A stretch of 64,000 nt of DNA. Origin: Lingula anatina. Its lineage: Eukaryota; Animalia; Brachiopoda. Shown here piece after piece: positions 26,216 through 39,500 of the stretch (position 1 is the first letter of the stretch; each line of letters starts with the position of its first letter). Under the pieces are notes generated by a model that made no database searches, was not told the origin of the DNA, and saw only the letters and a program-made list of their open reading frames with translations. The position numbers were made by a program, and so were the translations under genes. Where the stretch lies: positions 5,092,954 through 5,156,953 of the forward strand of contig CM120644.1 of NCBI GenBank assembly GCA_051362555.1. The letters are read 5' to 3'.

Positions 26216-26769
26216 TATGCAACACTGATAACACAATATAAGAAAAACAGATGGGCCAATTGTCATTATACTCACAGGAGTAGTCAAACTAACTAAAATG
26301 CAGGTTGAGTTCGAAAATCAGCATAATCGGGCCTTTATTTTAGAAGTTATGCTGTTTTTTAACATTTCCTCAGATTCAATTCTTAGGCATGTTAACAGTC
26401 TCATTATTTAACTAATAAGATACTTAAAAGTGTTTGTTTGATATTTCCTGCATCTTTACAACATTGTTAATTGATTATGTAAAAATGATGGTAAACTTGT
26501 TATCGTGTATTGTGTAATATAGTGTCAAAATGGAAATAAACTCATATCATTGCAGTTTGTCAGATTCAATCATCCACTATGTTCAGAATCTCAGAATGGA
26601 GGAAATTGGACATTTAACACTGTTCTATTGATATTTTTCCCATCTCATCAATTTTCTTAGTTGGTCATATAAAAATGGCAACAAACTGTTTATTTTGTTT
26701 TATGTTAAAAAAATGTTAAAAATGGAAATAAACCCATTTCAGAACAGTGCTGTCTTGTTTACATTTTGG

Positions 26770-28500
26770 CATTTTTAAGATGTGACTTTGAAGTTCCATG
26801 AGCCTGCAGACCTTTGCTAGTCACATTTTCTGAATATCCATGATACTAATATTTTATTATTAAAAATTGATGGTTATTATGCTGTTAAACATTATGTAAT
26901 ATTGCATCAAAATTTGAAGAAACCCCTATTTTGGGCTCCCATGATTACCATTTAAGAAAAACCATGTCACTTACTGTTTTCAAACTTACAGGAAAGAAAC
27001 ATAGGGCTAAAATACAGCTTCAGTAGGCAATGCAGTCTGTTTGTTAATTTTTTCTGGCTGTTAAACAGTTTTTTGTGAAAATTTAATTTTTCACATATTG
27101 GCATTTTCAAGGTGTGACTTTGAAGTTCCATGAGCCTGCAGACCTTTGCTAGTCACATTTTCTGAATGTTCATGTTACTAATATTCTATTATTAAAAATT
27201 GATGGTCATTATGCTGTCAAACATTATGTAATATTGCAGCAAAATTTGAAGAAGCCCCTATTTTGGGCACTGCTCCCATGATGACCATTTAAGAAAAACC
27301 ATGTCACTTACTGTTTTCAAACTTACAGGAAAGAAACATGGGGCTAAAATACAGCTTCAGTAGGCAATGCAGTCTGTTTGTTAATTTTTTCTGGCATTTA
27401 AACAGTTTTTTGTGAAAATTTAATTTTTCACATATTGGCATTTTCAAGGTGTGACTTTGAAGTTCCATGAGCCTGCAGACCTTTGCTAGTCACGTTTTCT
27501 GAATGTCCATGTTACTAATATTCCATTATTAAAAATTGCTGGTCATTATGCTGTTAAGCATTATGTAATATTGCATCAAAATTTGAAGAAACCCCTATTT
27601 TGGGCACTGCTCTCATGATGACCATTTAACAAAAATCATGTCAATTACTATTCTCAAACTTACAGGAAAGAAACATGGGTCTAAAATACAGCTTCAGTAG
27701 GCAATGCAGTCTGTTTGTTAATTTTTTCTGGCATTTAAACAGTTTTTTTGTGAAAATTTAATTTTTCACTTATTGGCATTTTCAAGGTGTGACTTTGAAG
27801 TTCCAAGATCCTGAAGACCTTTTCTTGTCACGTTTTCTGAATGTCCATGTTACTAATATTCTATTATTAAAAATTGATGGTCATTATACTGTTAAGCATT
27901 ATGTAATGTTGCATCAAAATAGAAGAAAACACAATTTTTGGTGCTGCTGCCATGAGACCATTATGGGAAAACCGTGTTATGACTATCAAACCTTCAAAAA
28001 AGAAACACAGGACTAAAATGCAGAATGAGTTGGAAAAGCAGTCTAATTGGCTTCTTTTTCTGGAAGTTATACATTTGAGTGAATTATTCATTATCTTTTT
28101 GGCATATTCATTGTGGGACTCGGAGCTCCCATGGACATGAAGCCGAATGGTGATCAAATTTTCTACATGTCCATGCTATTTATTGTCAATAATCAAAAAT
28201 TGGTGATAATTATTCTATAATTTATTATGTAATGTTACATCAAAATTGACAACTATATTTTTGCATTGCTACTGCAAATATTATGAAAAGAAAACTGTGT
28301 TACTTATTATTATTTTTAACTTACAAGTGTGATTTTTAGGATTGACATACAGCTCATATTAGAAAACCAGCTCTATTGGATTATCATTTTTATTAAATTT
28401 ATGCATTTTTTGTGAAATTTTCATTTTTCTCATTCTGGCACTTTCTAATTGTAAACTTGAATTCTGATGGGCCTGAAGCCTTATGCTTTTACTTTCATCA
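26770..28500. repeat. ~335-bp tandem repeat array (about 4 good copies, then degenerate)
   Basis: TGTGACTTTGAAGTTCCA recurs at ~26781, 27113, 27450 and 27788, with decayed copies beyond. Confidence 0.88.
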
Positions 28501-29812
28501 GTGTTACCTGTTGTGCATAATTAAAATTTGATGTTGACTGTGCAGTTAAACATAATGTATTATTGCATCAGAATTGGCAGTCTCCTGTATTTGTGCATTA
28601 TGGTTTTCTGCTTTTCTTAAGGTGTGACTTATGAGTCTGAAGACCTTTGATAGACAAATTTGTGTGGTCAGTCTGTAAATTCCCCTTGGGTATTCACTGG
28701 GCTAATTTCAGTGCTATAAACTCATTTGCCTAATTAAGGGGCCATTAAATGAGATTTAATAAAGCACACTTGTTGATATTTCCCTGTAAACTCCCAAAGG
28801 TTAAGCTCTCTGCTAGATAACATAGTGTCCATAATAAGGAAGCATGGATAGCAGCTTCATTGGAATTATATTTTTGTTGTTTTCTTTTTAATTTTTTCTC
28901 CAACACTGGCATTTTTAAGATGTGATTTTTAACTCCCATTCACCTGAGGCTCTAACATTTTCAGTATTTCCACATAAGCAGTTGTATTGGTATTTATGTC
29001 TTTAAACACGCTGTAATATTATTTTATGCACTGTCATCATTTTTCATATATTGAGACTTTCATCATGTGAATTTTAATTCTCATGGTCCTGACACTGTAA
29101 TCTTATTGAAGGGGTGGATTGAGACCATCTTCTGGGTCTCCTGGAAGACAGTCAGATTTTAAAGTTTATATAAACGGGTTTCTGTTGGAAGACCATCAAA
29201 ATGGAGGATAGATCAACAAAGATACTTTGGTATACTGTCAGAAAATATCTCTGGATCTGCTCCTGTTATTGACCATGTTACCTCTTGTGCAAGATTAAAA
29301 ATCAGTGTTGACTGACTGTGCTATTATAAGCATTTATTATTGCATCAAAATTGACAAAATGACCTATTTTGCATCTTTTTTTTCTGTTTTTTGTCTGTAC
29401 ATTTGACAGCTTTGCTGCCTTGTTTTCCTGTTAGCTCTGTATGGCTTGTAATACATGTACGTAGAGAAACTGTGAGCCTTTCAATCAGTACCGATCAGAT
29501 CATTATCGTTGTCTGCATGGTGTCTGTTGCTTTCTATGGCACGTTTTGGCAAAGGGTCATTTTCATTAAGTTGCACAACTGCAATTTGCCTACTTCTGGG
29601 ACCTCGCAGGATGGGGTTTTCTTGCCTCAATAAATTGACATTATGCCAGAAAAAATAATTAATTTCTATCACGCGTTAATTATGTGTATTTGTTATCTTA
29701 CATTGGTGGTAGTTTGACAAGTAGCAGATATTCCTGCATATTGCCAGTGGTTTTTTTTTATTTATATTTCCTGTACCTTGCAATCATACATCTTTGACAG
29801 AAACAATCGTGT

Positions 29813-30046
29813 TTATTACCTCCGCCAAGGAGGTTATGTTTTCACTCCTGTTTGTCTGTCTGTTTGTTTGTCATCAACATAACTTAATTAATAATTAAGT
29901 TTTGGATCGATTCTAATAAAATTTTCAGGAACTGTCAGAAGTGGGCCAAGGAAGAGGTGATTAGTTGTTGGTGGTGATCCGGATCAATAATAATCAAAAA
30001 TCGCTGCCTTGGCGGAGGTCTGCGCTCTCGGAGTGCTTTTCTAGTT
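29813..30046 (+). mobile_element. Short Helentron/DINE-like non-autonomous element
   Basis: TTATTACCTCCGCCAAGGAGGTTATGTTTT, (TGTC/TGTT)n, inverted CCTTGGCGGAGGT, hairpin GCGCTCTCGGAGTGC, terminal TTTTCTAGTT. Confidence 0.75.
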
Positions 30047-30564
30047 ATCAATACCTTTATTGTTCAAATACAAGGGGATTTTACTGATGCCCACATGTTG
30101 TAGGTCAGGTTACAAGGGCATAGCGTGTCCTTTCCCCTAGGTTTAATATTTTAGATTATTTCAGCAAGTTGCGACCTACATGTATCTGAAATGAAAGTTT
30201 TAATTTTCTTTATATCAATATTTTCCATAAGTCATGTTTTTATAGGTATTCATAAGCCTAATGTATGACTCATACTGGAGTCACAAATACAATCGAACAT
30301 CAAAGCACCTTTTTCGTTTGATAATCAACGTGTTTCTGCTGGCAAACCCTTAATCCTGGTGGGCTACCAGCATATAAGAATTATGAAAGTGTTAATACAA
30401 CGCAAAGGAATTTTCAAATCAAGCTCACTGCTGCTTGGGAGTTCGGGAAAAGCACACGCATACTTCATACGTCCTCATTCCACGGAAGACTGCGTTAAAA
30501 ATCGCTGAGGGTAGCTTCTAAACCGAAGGGATACCTAGAAGAGAAAGCTGCCCAAAAGACCAAA

Positions 30565-33500
30565 ATGCGTAGACTCATCTATTTCCTTATGTTGACAGGT
30601 AAGTACAGTTAATTCAACACTGTTTTGAATATTTTTCCATCAAACTAATTACAAGTCGCAGATGAAGAAGTACCATCTGTCTTGTTCAGACGTTTTATTC
30701 GTGAAAAGGCAGCGACAATGACTGACAGGCTTTTATGCCTTACAACTTTTAAACATTTTGTTTCAGTCTCCACGGATTATCCTGTTAAGATACCTGTTTA
30801 AATAGTTACCCTTTAAAGTCCCCATATGAAAAACAGCAGCACAAAGACATGCTATATTCTCCAGACAAACACTTAAGATATGTAAAGGGTAAAACCTGCT
30901 TTATATAACGAGCACATTTTATTCTTAGATGGAATTGAAGCGATAAAAACATTTACATATATAACTTGGATATTTGTTTGCTTAAACAGCTATGACTGAC
31001 CTGAAATCCAAGTTAATAAATCTCTCCCTCATATACACTGCGAGGGAACAGTTACGACGGAACATGTTTTAGCCTCTGCGCCATGACATGAAGCAAACAA
31101 ACAAGTCTTTAGTGTCCAAATCATATACCTCAAGTGCCGACAAGGCACTCAGCGTTTATTTACATGCAAATCAGGCAGATGACCAAGTGTCACTGCTAGA
31201 GGCAATTACGTACTATACAGCTGTGTTTACTCGTTACAATCGAATGCACTTTACATAATACTGGCGTTATCACTTCTCTTTCTCTTTTTCTTTCTTTCTT
31301 TCTTTTTTTTTTAATAAAAGGATTAAATAATGTGTAATAACGGCAAAATCAATACAAAAACATTAGTGCAGTATGTACAGAGGTGTAACAGTAGAGTGTC
31401 AATGTCATAGGTACATGCAAGTCTCCTCTCCGTCTATAGATTACTGAGTGTCGGATTTATAGGTATAAACTCTTTTAAGACATTATTACAAAACATAATC
31501 AGTAAGATATCTGGGAGTTTGTCATTTTCTCGTAGAACGTCTAAGAGTTTGAGCTGGTTGTTCACATAGATCTGATGGAGTTTCAACTTCACCATTTTCG
31601 TTGCTTTCGTCAACTTGAGGCTGAAATTCATGGAAAGAGTCAAAGTTATTGTAAGGTTCCTTGTCGTTGTCAGCAGTATTTACGTTTTCATAGTCTGACA
31701 AAGATAAGTCCGAATCATCGGAGTTGTCACTACATAAATCGTTGCCTTTTCTCCATTTATAAACGGGTACCTTATAACAGTCTGATTGTTTAACTCTATA
31801 AGACATAGATCGTAGCTGATTTCCTATGAATTTTTGAACATTGCACCAGTGACCGTCGACTTTTACCACCATGTAGCGATCTCGGTCGTCTTGTCGTGAT
31901 GTAAATAAACGATATCTCCTACACTGAGATTGTTATCGTTGGCGCTTTGTTTTAAAGGCGCTTTAAATTGCATACTACTGTCGTGGTTTTTCGCTCTTAT
32001 AGAATGCTGATCAATAATCAGTTTTCTATCTGAAGTGGGAATTTGTTGACAGGTGAATTGATCCCTCTGAAAAAAACCTCCTCGGCGCATTCTAGAATTG
32101 AGCTGAGCAACGCACAGGCTGAGAGTAGTTTGAGAAATAGAATCACGCGAGGGATCTTTGCGCAGAATTTCATCTTGAAGTTCCTGAACTGCTTTTTCCG
32201 CCACTGGATTTTTATTGATGTTTTTGGGACGTCCTATTTCGATGACTAATCTAGACGATCGAAGGGACTCATCTGATACTAATGATTTGAATCCAGGAGC
32301 AGAATCAGTGCGAATGACAGCAAATGGACCGTCAAGTGGTCGCATTTCTGCACACAGTTGAATGAGACCTTCCCGTAAACTATCCTTAGTTTCGTCCTTC
32401 ACAAAACACGCGGTTGTGAAAGAAGTGACCGTTTCTCTTACAATCAGTATATTTTGTGAGTGTCGTTTCATAATATCAGCGGCAAATGATGCTCCAACTA
32501 TAGGTGGGGGTTCTTCTGAAGACTGTTCCTGTTGAAGATGAGGAATTTTTTTCAAGGAAGCACATCGATGGCATGAATGCGATGTCTCGTCGGCTTCTTT
32601 GTCTAAGTTCAACGCGTAAAAGTAGCGTTTTACTACGCTCTTAAGCTGATAACTGGAAGGATGTTCTAGACGGATGTGGAGAGCAGTAATAGGTCCGCTT
32701 AACACCTGTCTGGGAACTACTATAAGATCACGTTCGTTTTCCAAAGGTGATTGACGGCGTACTACTAGAAGACCGTCTTTTGCGATGGTAAGACCCTCAA
32801 TGTGCAGATAACGTTTCACGTTAGACACTCCGTTGTTTTTTACTAGGTCGCGTACCTTGAGATAAGTGGGCCTTAGTTCGACGTAGATCGTAGCATTCTT
32901 GTTGAATTTGAAGCCATGCTTTCCGGTTGGTGAATGGTAGCTGTTTGATCTCGCTAAGAACATCGTTGGTTTTGTAGGTGATAGACAAAGCTGCAAACTT
33001 GACACTTCTGGCTTTGGCATTCTTTTGCGTTTCTACTTGCGAAATCTGTTGGAATATTATCTGAACCTGCCAGGTGTTGCACAGAAACGTGATATCTACT
33101 GGCTAAAGAGAGAAATGTAGACACTCGTGGACTTGCAGAAAACTCTCCTCTGCATAATTTAATATGTGCTTGTACGCAAGGCTTTATGTCAGTTAAAACA
33201 TGCGTTTGGTGACTTGACTGTATAATATATGGAGCGAAGTGTTTGATCGCAGAAACTATAGCTAACGCTTCCAGCTCACACGGTATCCAAGTCACCTGAT
33301 GTTTTCGGAGTTTTGCGCTGAAAAATCCAGATAAACGAAGCTTATCTCCGCGTTTGGCGTACAAAGTTGCAGCAAGACCAGAGTGTCGAGAGGAGGCATC
33401 TGTCACAAGCCAAAGCTCATCGTTGATCCGAGGAATCTTAATAGAACGATGGTTGAGTAGAGATTTCTTTGAATTTTCGAAGGCAACAACATTCTCCTCC

Positions 33501-36500
33501 GTCCATGACAGTTTATCCTGGGACTGTTTTCCGGCAGTCATGCTATCTAGGGGAGCAAGTATCGAAGCACAGCCAGGTTGTACGCGTGCGAATGCTTTAT
33601 AGGCACCAATGAAGGATCTGAGCGCGAAAACTGTCATGGGGCGGTCGCAGTTCGACAATGTAGATATACGGTGAGTGTTGGCAGAGAGAAAACCACTTTT
33701 CCAAGTCCATCCGAGGATTGTTGTTTCCCTTGGACAAATCACGGTTTTGGTCGGAGAAAGACGGAGATCACACTTGCTGAGAGCTCGTAGAACCTGTCGG
33801 AAATTATCCATCAGTTCTTTCACAGTTTCGCCGCCACAGTAAAGATCGTCGGCGATCTTACAAACGACGCCTTTCATTATAAGATCACCAAGGACACGTG
33901 ACATCATCTCTTCTAATGCTGTCTCCGACCCGGGTATTCCCATTGCTGAACGTGTGTAGATCGCCTCTTACTCCCTTGAAAGGAGTAGCAACTCCACAAT
34001 ATTTCATAGAATTCTTATCCAGTGGAATCTGATAAAAGGCACTGGATAAGTCAGTGGTAATAATCTGTTTCCATCCTCCAATGTTACGTAATGTTGAATT
34101 TACGTCAGGTAAAAGAGACGGTTGAGGTTTGCAATATTTTCCAACTTCGTTGAAAGCAGTAACCAAGCGGAACGAACCGTTGCTCTTTTTTACCAGAAAT
34201 GAAGGGTTCAGATATTCGACATTCACACCCACATCTTCCGGTTTTGCGAAGACGCCAACACTCTCCAGAAAATCAAATTTCTCTTGTAGATCGACAAGTT
34301 TGTCTCTGCTATACTGGGGAATCCTGCCCTTCCTCTGGGGCGGTTGAGTAGGACCCATGTTTACCACCGATTTAAAAGGTCCCATAGCACCGTTGTATCC
34401 GGGGATTGACGGGTTGAAAAAATTGTCGTATGACACAAGTAGTGTCTGAAAATCTTGTTTGTCCCCTGATGTCAACAGAGAATCTGGATCCAACTTTACG
34501 GCAGCAGAGTGAAGTACTGGTGACGCAATAGAAATGTTGGAAGGCGAAGTATCCAAAGTGGATGGCTGGAACTCAAGCGATTTTTCACTATCGCTCACTG
34601 GACAGACAAAACCAATGTGAGAGTTGCGTTTCACAATACATGGTAGTCCGGTGTCGTTTGTAAGTCTTATTTTGTCATGAACTGATCTTACGACTTGCGG
34701 ATTTAACCACACAGGCGAAGAATCATTGCCATAGACACATGGTTCAACGGCGAGTTCCTTCTCGCCAATCAAATTATCAGGAATGACAGTTTCAATATAG
34801 TCTCCAGGCCAAAGCGTGGAATTTATTGGTCCCGCGCGAAGTATATGAGACTGAGTACGTTTGATGTTTGCTGTAGATCGAACGTTTTTTCCAGCATCAT
34901 ACGTAATAGAGGAGCCATCTGAAAAAGAAATCAGCTTTCGGGCTGGTCTTAAAGTAATATCGTTCATCTCTAAAAATGGAGTTCCGGCCAAAATTTCGGT
35001 ACTCAACTGGTCTACTACGAGAGCCTCCAGGAAAAACGATCTCTCATTTCGAGTGAGGTGTATACGAGTTTCACCTATAACGTTCAAGGTGGATTTCCCG
35101 TCTGCCTGGCTGGCTGTTTGTGACTTGTTAGGTAAGATGGGCGCTCCTATCTCTATTGCAGTAGTCTGACTTATCAAATTAGACTCGGTACCACAATCGA
35201 GTGTTAAATGAACCGGGTGTTGATTGTGATAAGCATCGAAGCATGGCGAAGGACTAATGCGGACACGTTGAACCTCTGCGCTGGGAATCTCAAAATTTGT
35301 GTTGGTAGACACGTCTGCTACAACAATTTCCTCATCAGAGCATGACTCTTCATTGCACATAACCTGGTGAGTCTTGGTGATGTAAAGTTTATCTTGCTCG
35401 GGTAAAAATTTGCAAGTGCTGAGAAAATGATCGTAGCGTTGTCGACCGGCCTGTTTACAAAGCGGGCAAGAACGTTTTTTTTTTTGCATTGAAAATAGGA
35501 CCGTGCTCCTTCACGGGAGAGAAAATTTTGGGGTTTTGCTTTGTAATTGCTCTCGTGGCACGAATTTCCTCGTGAGAATTCAATTGATCCAATAATGAAT
35601 CTAAAGCTTGAGATATTTCAGGTTTGATTGAAGCGAGAGTTCGAGATCGTAACTCCGTTCCGTATCGCTCTTTCACTAGCAAGGGCAAATCTTTATGAAT
35701 TAACTTCAACCAGGTGAGTATGACAAAGTTTTCTAAAGAAGGCGAAATTTCTTCGTCGTCTGTCATAACCTCGTTGTGATGAGTAATACCACCATCGGCG
35801 GTGAGCAAATTGTCTTCTACAAACGCCATTATAAACGCTGATATAAATCCTCCGGCCTCTCGTCGGGTTCAAGTTTTATTTGCGCAAAGTCTAGAAAGTG
35901 AGCGCCGGTTGATTGAAAACCAAAGTGTAACCGAATAGACTGCCAAACAGAATTCAGACTGGTAGAGCTTTTCACAATTGATCCACGTGAAATTACTGGA
36001 CAAAAGTTGGCTATTTGATTTAGCATAGACTCTAATTGGGTTACCTTTTGTTGTGCTGTGCGTCGTTGTCTCTCAGAAATGGTACCGTCGTCGTCGACAA
36101 ATCCACGTAGAGGATTTTGTTTGGTTTTCTTCAACCATGTCACACTACTTGACAAAAAGTGCGAAAATGTTGCATCTTGTGAGAGCAGAAACTCGAGATT
36201 TTGCTTCTACTTCTCGAAGCTTAAGGATCCTATTGTCTCCGTTTTTGTAAGCACCCATTGCTTTGGTGCTCTAAGTGAACGTGTACTTGTACTAGCCATT
36301 TTCAAATGTATCTCTGACGTACGTAGTTACGAACTATTAAAAATACCGCTGCCACCACGCCATGACATGAAGCAAACAAACACGTCTTTAGTGTCCAAAT
36401 CATATACCTCAAGTGCCGACAAGGCAATCAGCGTTTATTTACATGCAAATCAGGCAGATGACCAAGTGTCACTGCTAGAGGCAATTACGTACTATACAGC

Positions 36501-39500
36501 TGTGTTTACTCGTTACAATCGAATGCACTTTACATAATACTAGCGCTGAAAACTGCGCACTTGCACTTACAGATTTCATAAAGATTTCATAAAAATCTCT
36601 TGACCTGAGTTGAGCTGACAAACGAAATTTGAATGATATAATTTGTTCATGCTCTTTAATGTCAAGTGACGTGAATATGTGGCTTTTACTGAACATGGGG
36701 TTAGTTTATGCACATAACTGAGATTTCTTTTTATCGGAATTGTTCAACCTATCTATGCGCACAACTTTTCCAATTTCTGCATAATTACCGACATCTCCTT
36801 GAAGCATGGATAAGGTACTGGAAAGCTTGAGTCCAACAAACTGCCTCACACATCCTTCCTTTTATATTAGTGAAACATTTACGCTGAATGTCCTTTGCTC
36901 TTGCCTCTGCGCTTTTCTGTCTTTATATAGATGTTGTAACATATTGTAAACCAATATATTTTACACTCTATTCATTATCGCGTGTTGATTTGTAGGTGTG
37001 ATTAGTGATAGACCAAGTTATGTGAAGAATGTGAGATAAAAGACGCAGGCTGTATTGCCTCTGAAATCAAATTGTTCGTAGAAATATTACAAAATAATCG
37101 CATCCTGGGGAAAAGCAACCTTCAGATAAATAGCCATGGTTCTGTTAACCGCAGCTATCTCCTTAACTCAAAATCCCTACTTTCATTACTTATATTTACA
37201 TGTAAATTTGATGAAATATTAACACAACGACTAAAATTATGAGTGTACTAAGGGTTTGTGTCTTAGAGTAAGTAATAAAGGAAAATAGATTTAAAACAAC
37301 AAAAATTGCTTTATCAAACACTATCCCTTATTTATAAATGTAAGGCTTCATATGTTTCTCAAAAAGCAGCCCCAAGTTATGTGCAGTACTTAAATCAGTA
37401 GGTAAATTATTCCATATCTTTGGCTCATATAAAGTAAAAGTTTTAACTGCAGCACGCGATCGGCATAGAAATCAGTGGAAATGTCACTCAGATAATTTTG
37501 GATAATTGTTGTTGCGATTTTAGACTGCATAAGTCATTGTCATCATGGTTATTATTCTTATTAGTATTATTTATTCATTTTTAATATTATAATAGTTGTC
37601 CCCGCCTTCTCTTAAGCTACCAGCATCAACAGCTAGAGTCAGGAAAAAAGGGGCCTTTGAATGAAGAGGCCTCTAAATTTAGTTTTTATTTGATACATTA
37701 GACATCAGACAGACATGCCGCCGCCTGAGCTGCCAGCATCAGGGATCTGATCAACGAGACAAAATTCAGACTGAATCCTAATACAGATTGTGTCGCGGCT
37801 GATAGCTCTTATTACATGTGATCCTCCACTGGCATCATCTAAAAATCATAGACACGTTCTTTGCATAAAATCCTATGGCGATTTAACTTAATTTGGTGCA
37901 TTTTAGATTGAAAAGTAGAAGGATGGAAATGACAAACAGTCTGTCGAAAAGGTCCGTTATTATTTCCCTAAGTCCCACCCAGAGGTCCAAGGTGTTTTAA
38001 TCGTTATATATGTCATCTGTTTTAATTACCTGTTTAATCATGTACAGTACCATACACTGGGATGTCCTAAGACTAAAGATGTTGTAAGCATCTAGCAGTT
38101 AAAATTCTCGAGACAGATGTCGTTATATTCCCTCCTGCTATTTGCCAGTGGCAAGAAATTTCACCAAGAAGCCAGGTAGAAAGTAACGCCGTTTCTAATC
38201 TCATTCCTATTGAATCCCTGGACGCACATGCAAATTAGGCTAGGGTCCTTTTGTCTGCAAATAATATATTCGAGCTTACTTCACTTACCGTGGCCGGTGC
38301 CCGAACGCAACATTAGTAGCGATGAGGTCGTGTCTATTTATTTTACCTGTACGTTGGTTGATTAATTCGTGGCTCGAATTCTAAATTTGGGTATCCGTGC
38401 TAACAAATCTGAGGTTCGGGTTGGCAAACGCCTACTCCGATTATAAGGCCTTAATATTCGTAACTGTATTATTTATCAGATGATAGGTTTAGCCGAGGCT
38501 TTTATGGGGTAATGCTGGCCAACCGAATATCGACGTATTTTGACTCGAACACTGGATTTACGTTGGAGTTGCAAACAATATCATTTTTTCGTATATTGGC
38601 GTAAACAAAACAGGTTTTACTATTAAGCCTCAGCAAACCGTTCATAAGACTGATTATTTTTATACCCCGTTCTAGTGACCAGGGCCGATAATTCTTGCCC
38701 AGATAAGGACTCGCAACTAGTACAGTGGAGACCGGGAGACAGTCCAAACACTGACGTCACCATCGCCAATGGCAACCTATATCTGCTGGACCAATCAACA
38801 ACAGTAAAAAGCATAACGGTTCAAGATGGAGGTAGGTCCACTGCAGCTTGTACAACACGTGTTTTCAGATGCGGGGATATTTATCGATCGATTATTGCCA
38901 TTATGGGTTGAATATATGAAAAAAAAACGTGCGCTTTATTTTGTGTCTCATTTAATTTCAGTTGATTTTATTATAAACAGATATACATAAATAATTTAAT
39001 CAAAGTCGAAGATAGTTCTGTCTGGAGGATATTATTTCATACTTGTGTCATTGACAGTTTTTTTTCTGGTTTTTCTGAATGGCAGAAAACAAGCACCATA
39101 GCCGAAACTACTAAGAAATAAACGTGAACTTTTGACAACTTTTACTCTCTCTTCTAGGAAAACTTGTTTTCAAAGATGGCGTGGCCCCGATTGTCGTGAA
39201 AACAAAACACATTCTTATAGAAGATGGCGGAGAGATGCACATTGGAAGTCCTGATTGCAGGTAAGGTTTAACATTGAACTGCTATAAATGATTTTTGCAG
39301 ACATTGCAATCGTAAGGTTTAGACATGTACTACACATAATACAGCATGCAAATAGAACATATAGAACACATCAGAATACACAGACGAAAGCCTGCACGAG
39401 ATGGCTAACACAAAGTCTATATTTAGGCTTTTTGTTTGACAATTTTAAGATACAAGGGGAAGGTAACCATCATCCTCCAAGGTAAGTCAACCGACTTTGG

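Larger units (their letters stand above)
23992..29426 (+). mobile_element. Large Helentron/DINE-like non-autonomous element carrying internal tandem arrays and a Tc1 insertion
   Basis: 5' end: T-run, then hairpin ATGTACAGACACA-GA-TGTGTCTGTACAT (23997-24024), then (CGT)n/(CGC) microsatellite. 3' end: TGTCTGTACAT (29392-29402), short hairpin GACAGC-TTT-GCTGCC, then T-run. Confidence 0.6.
31079..36545 (-). mobile_element. Ty3/Gypsy LTR retrotransposon in intron 1 of CEMIP paralog 2 (gag-pol disrupted)
   Basis: 188-bp direct repeats. Gag from ATG 36299 (RAPKQW..., knuckle CPLC..H..C), protease (LTLDCG), RT ([15 protein letters not shown]), RNase H (LVTDAS, CELEAL, LTD), integrase (H..H..CHRC, D-D-E), in PR-RT-RH-IN order. 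Split over ORFs 35829..36155, 35455..35829, 33885..35489, 32954..33943, 31863..33020 and 31522..31872. Confidence 0.95.
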
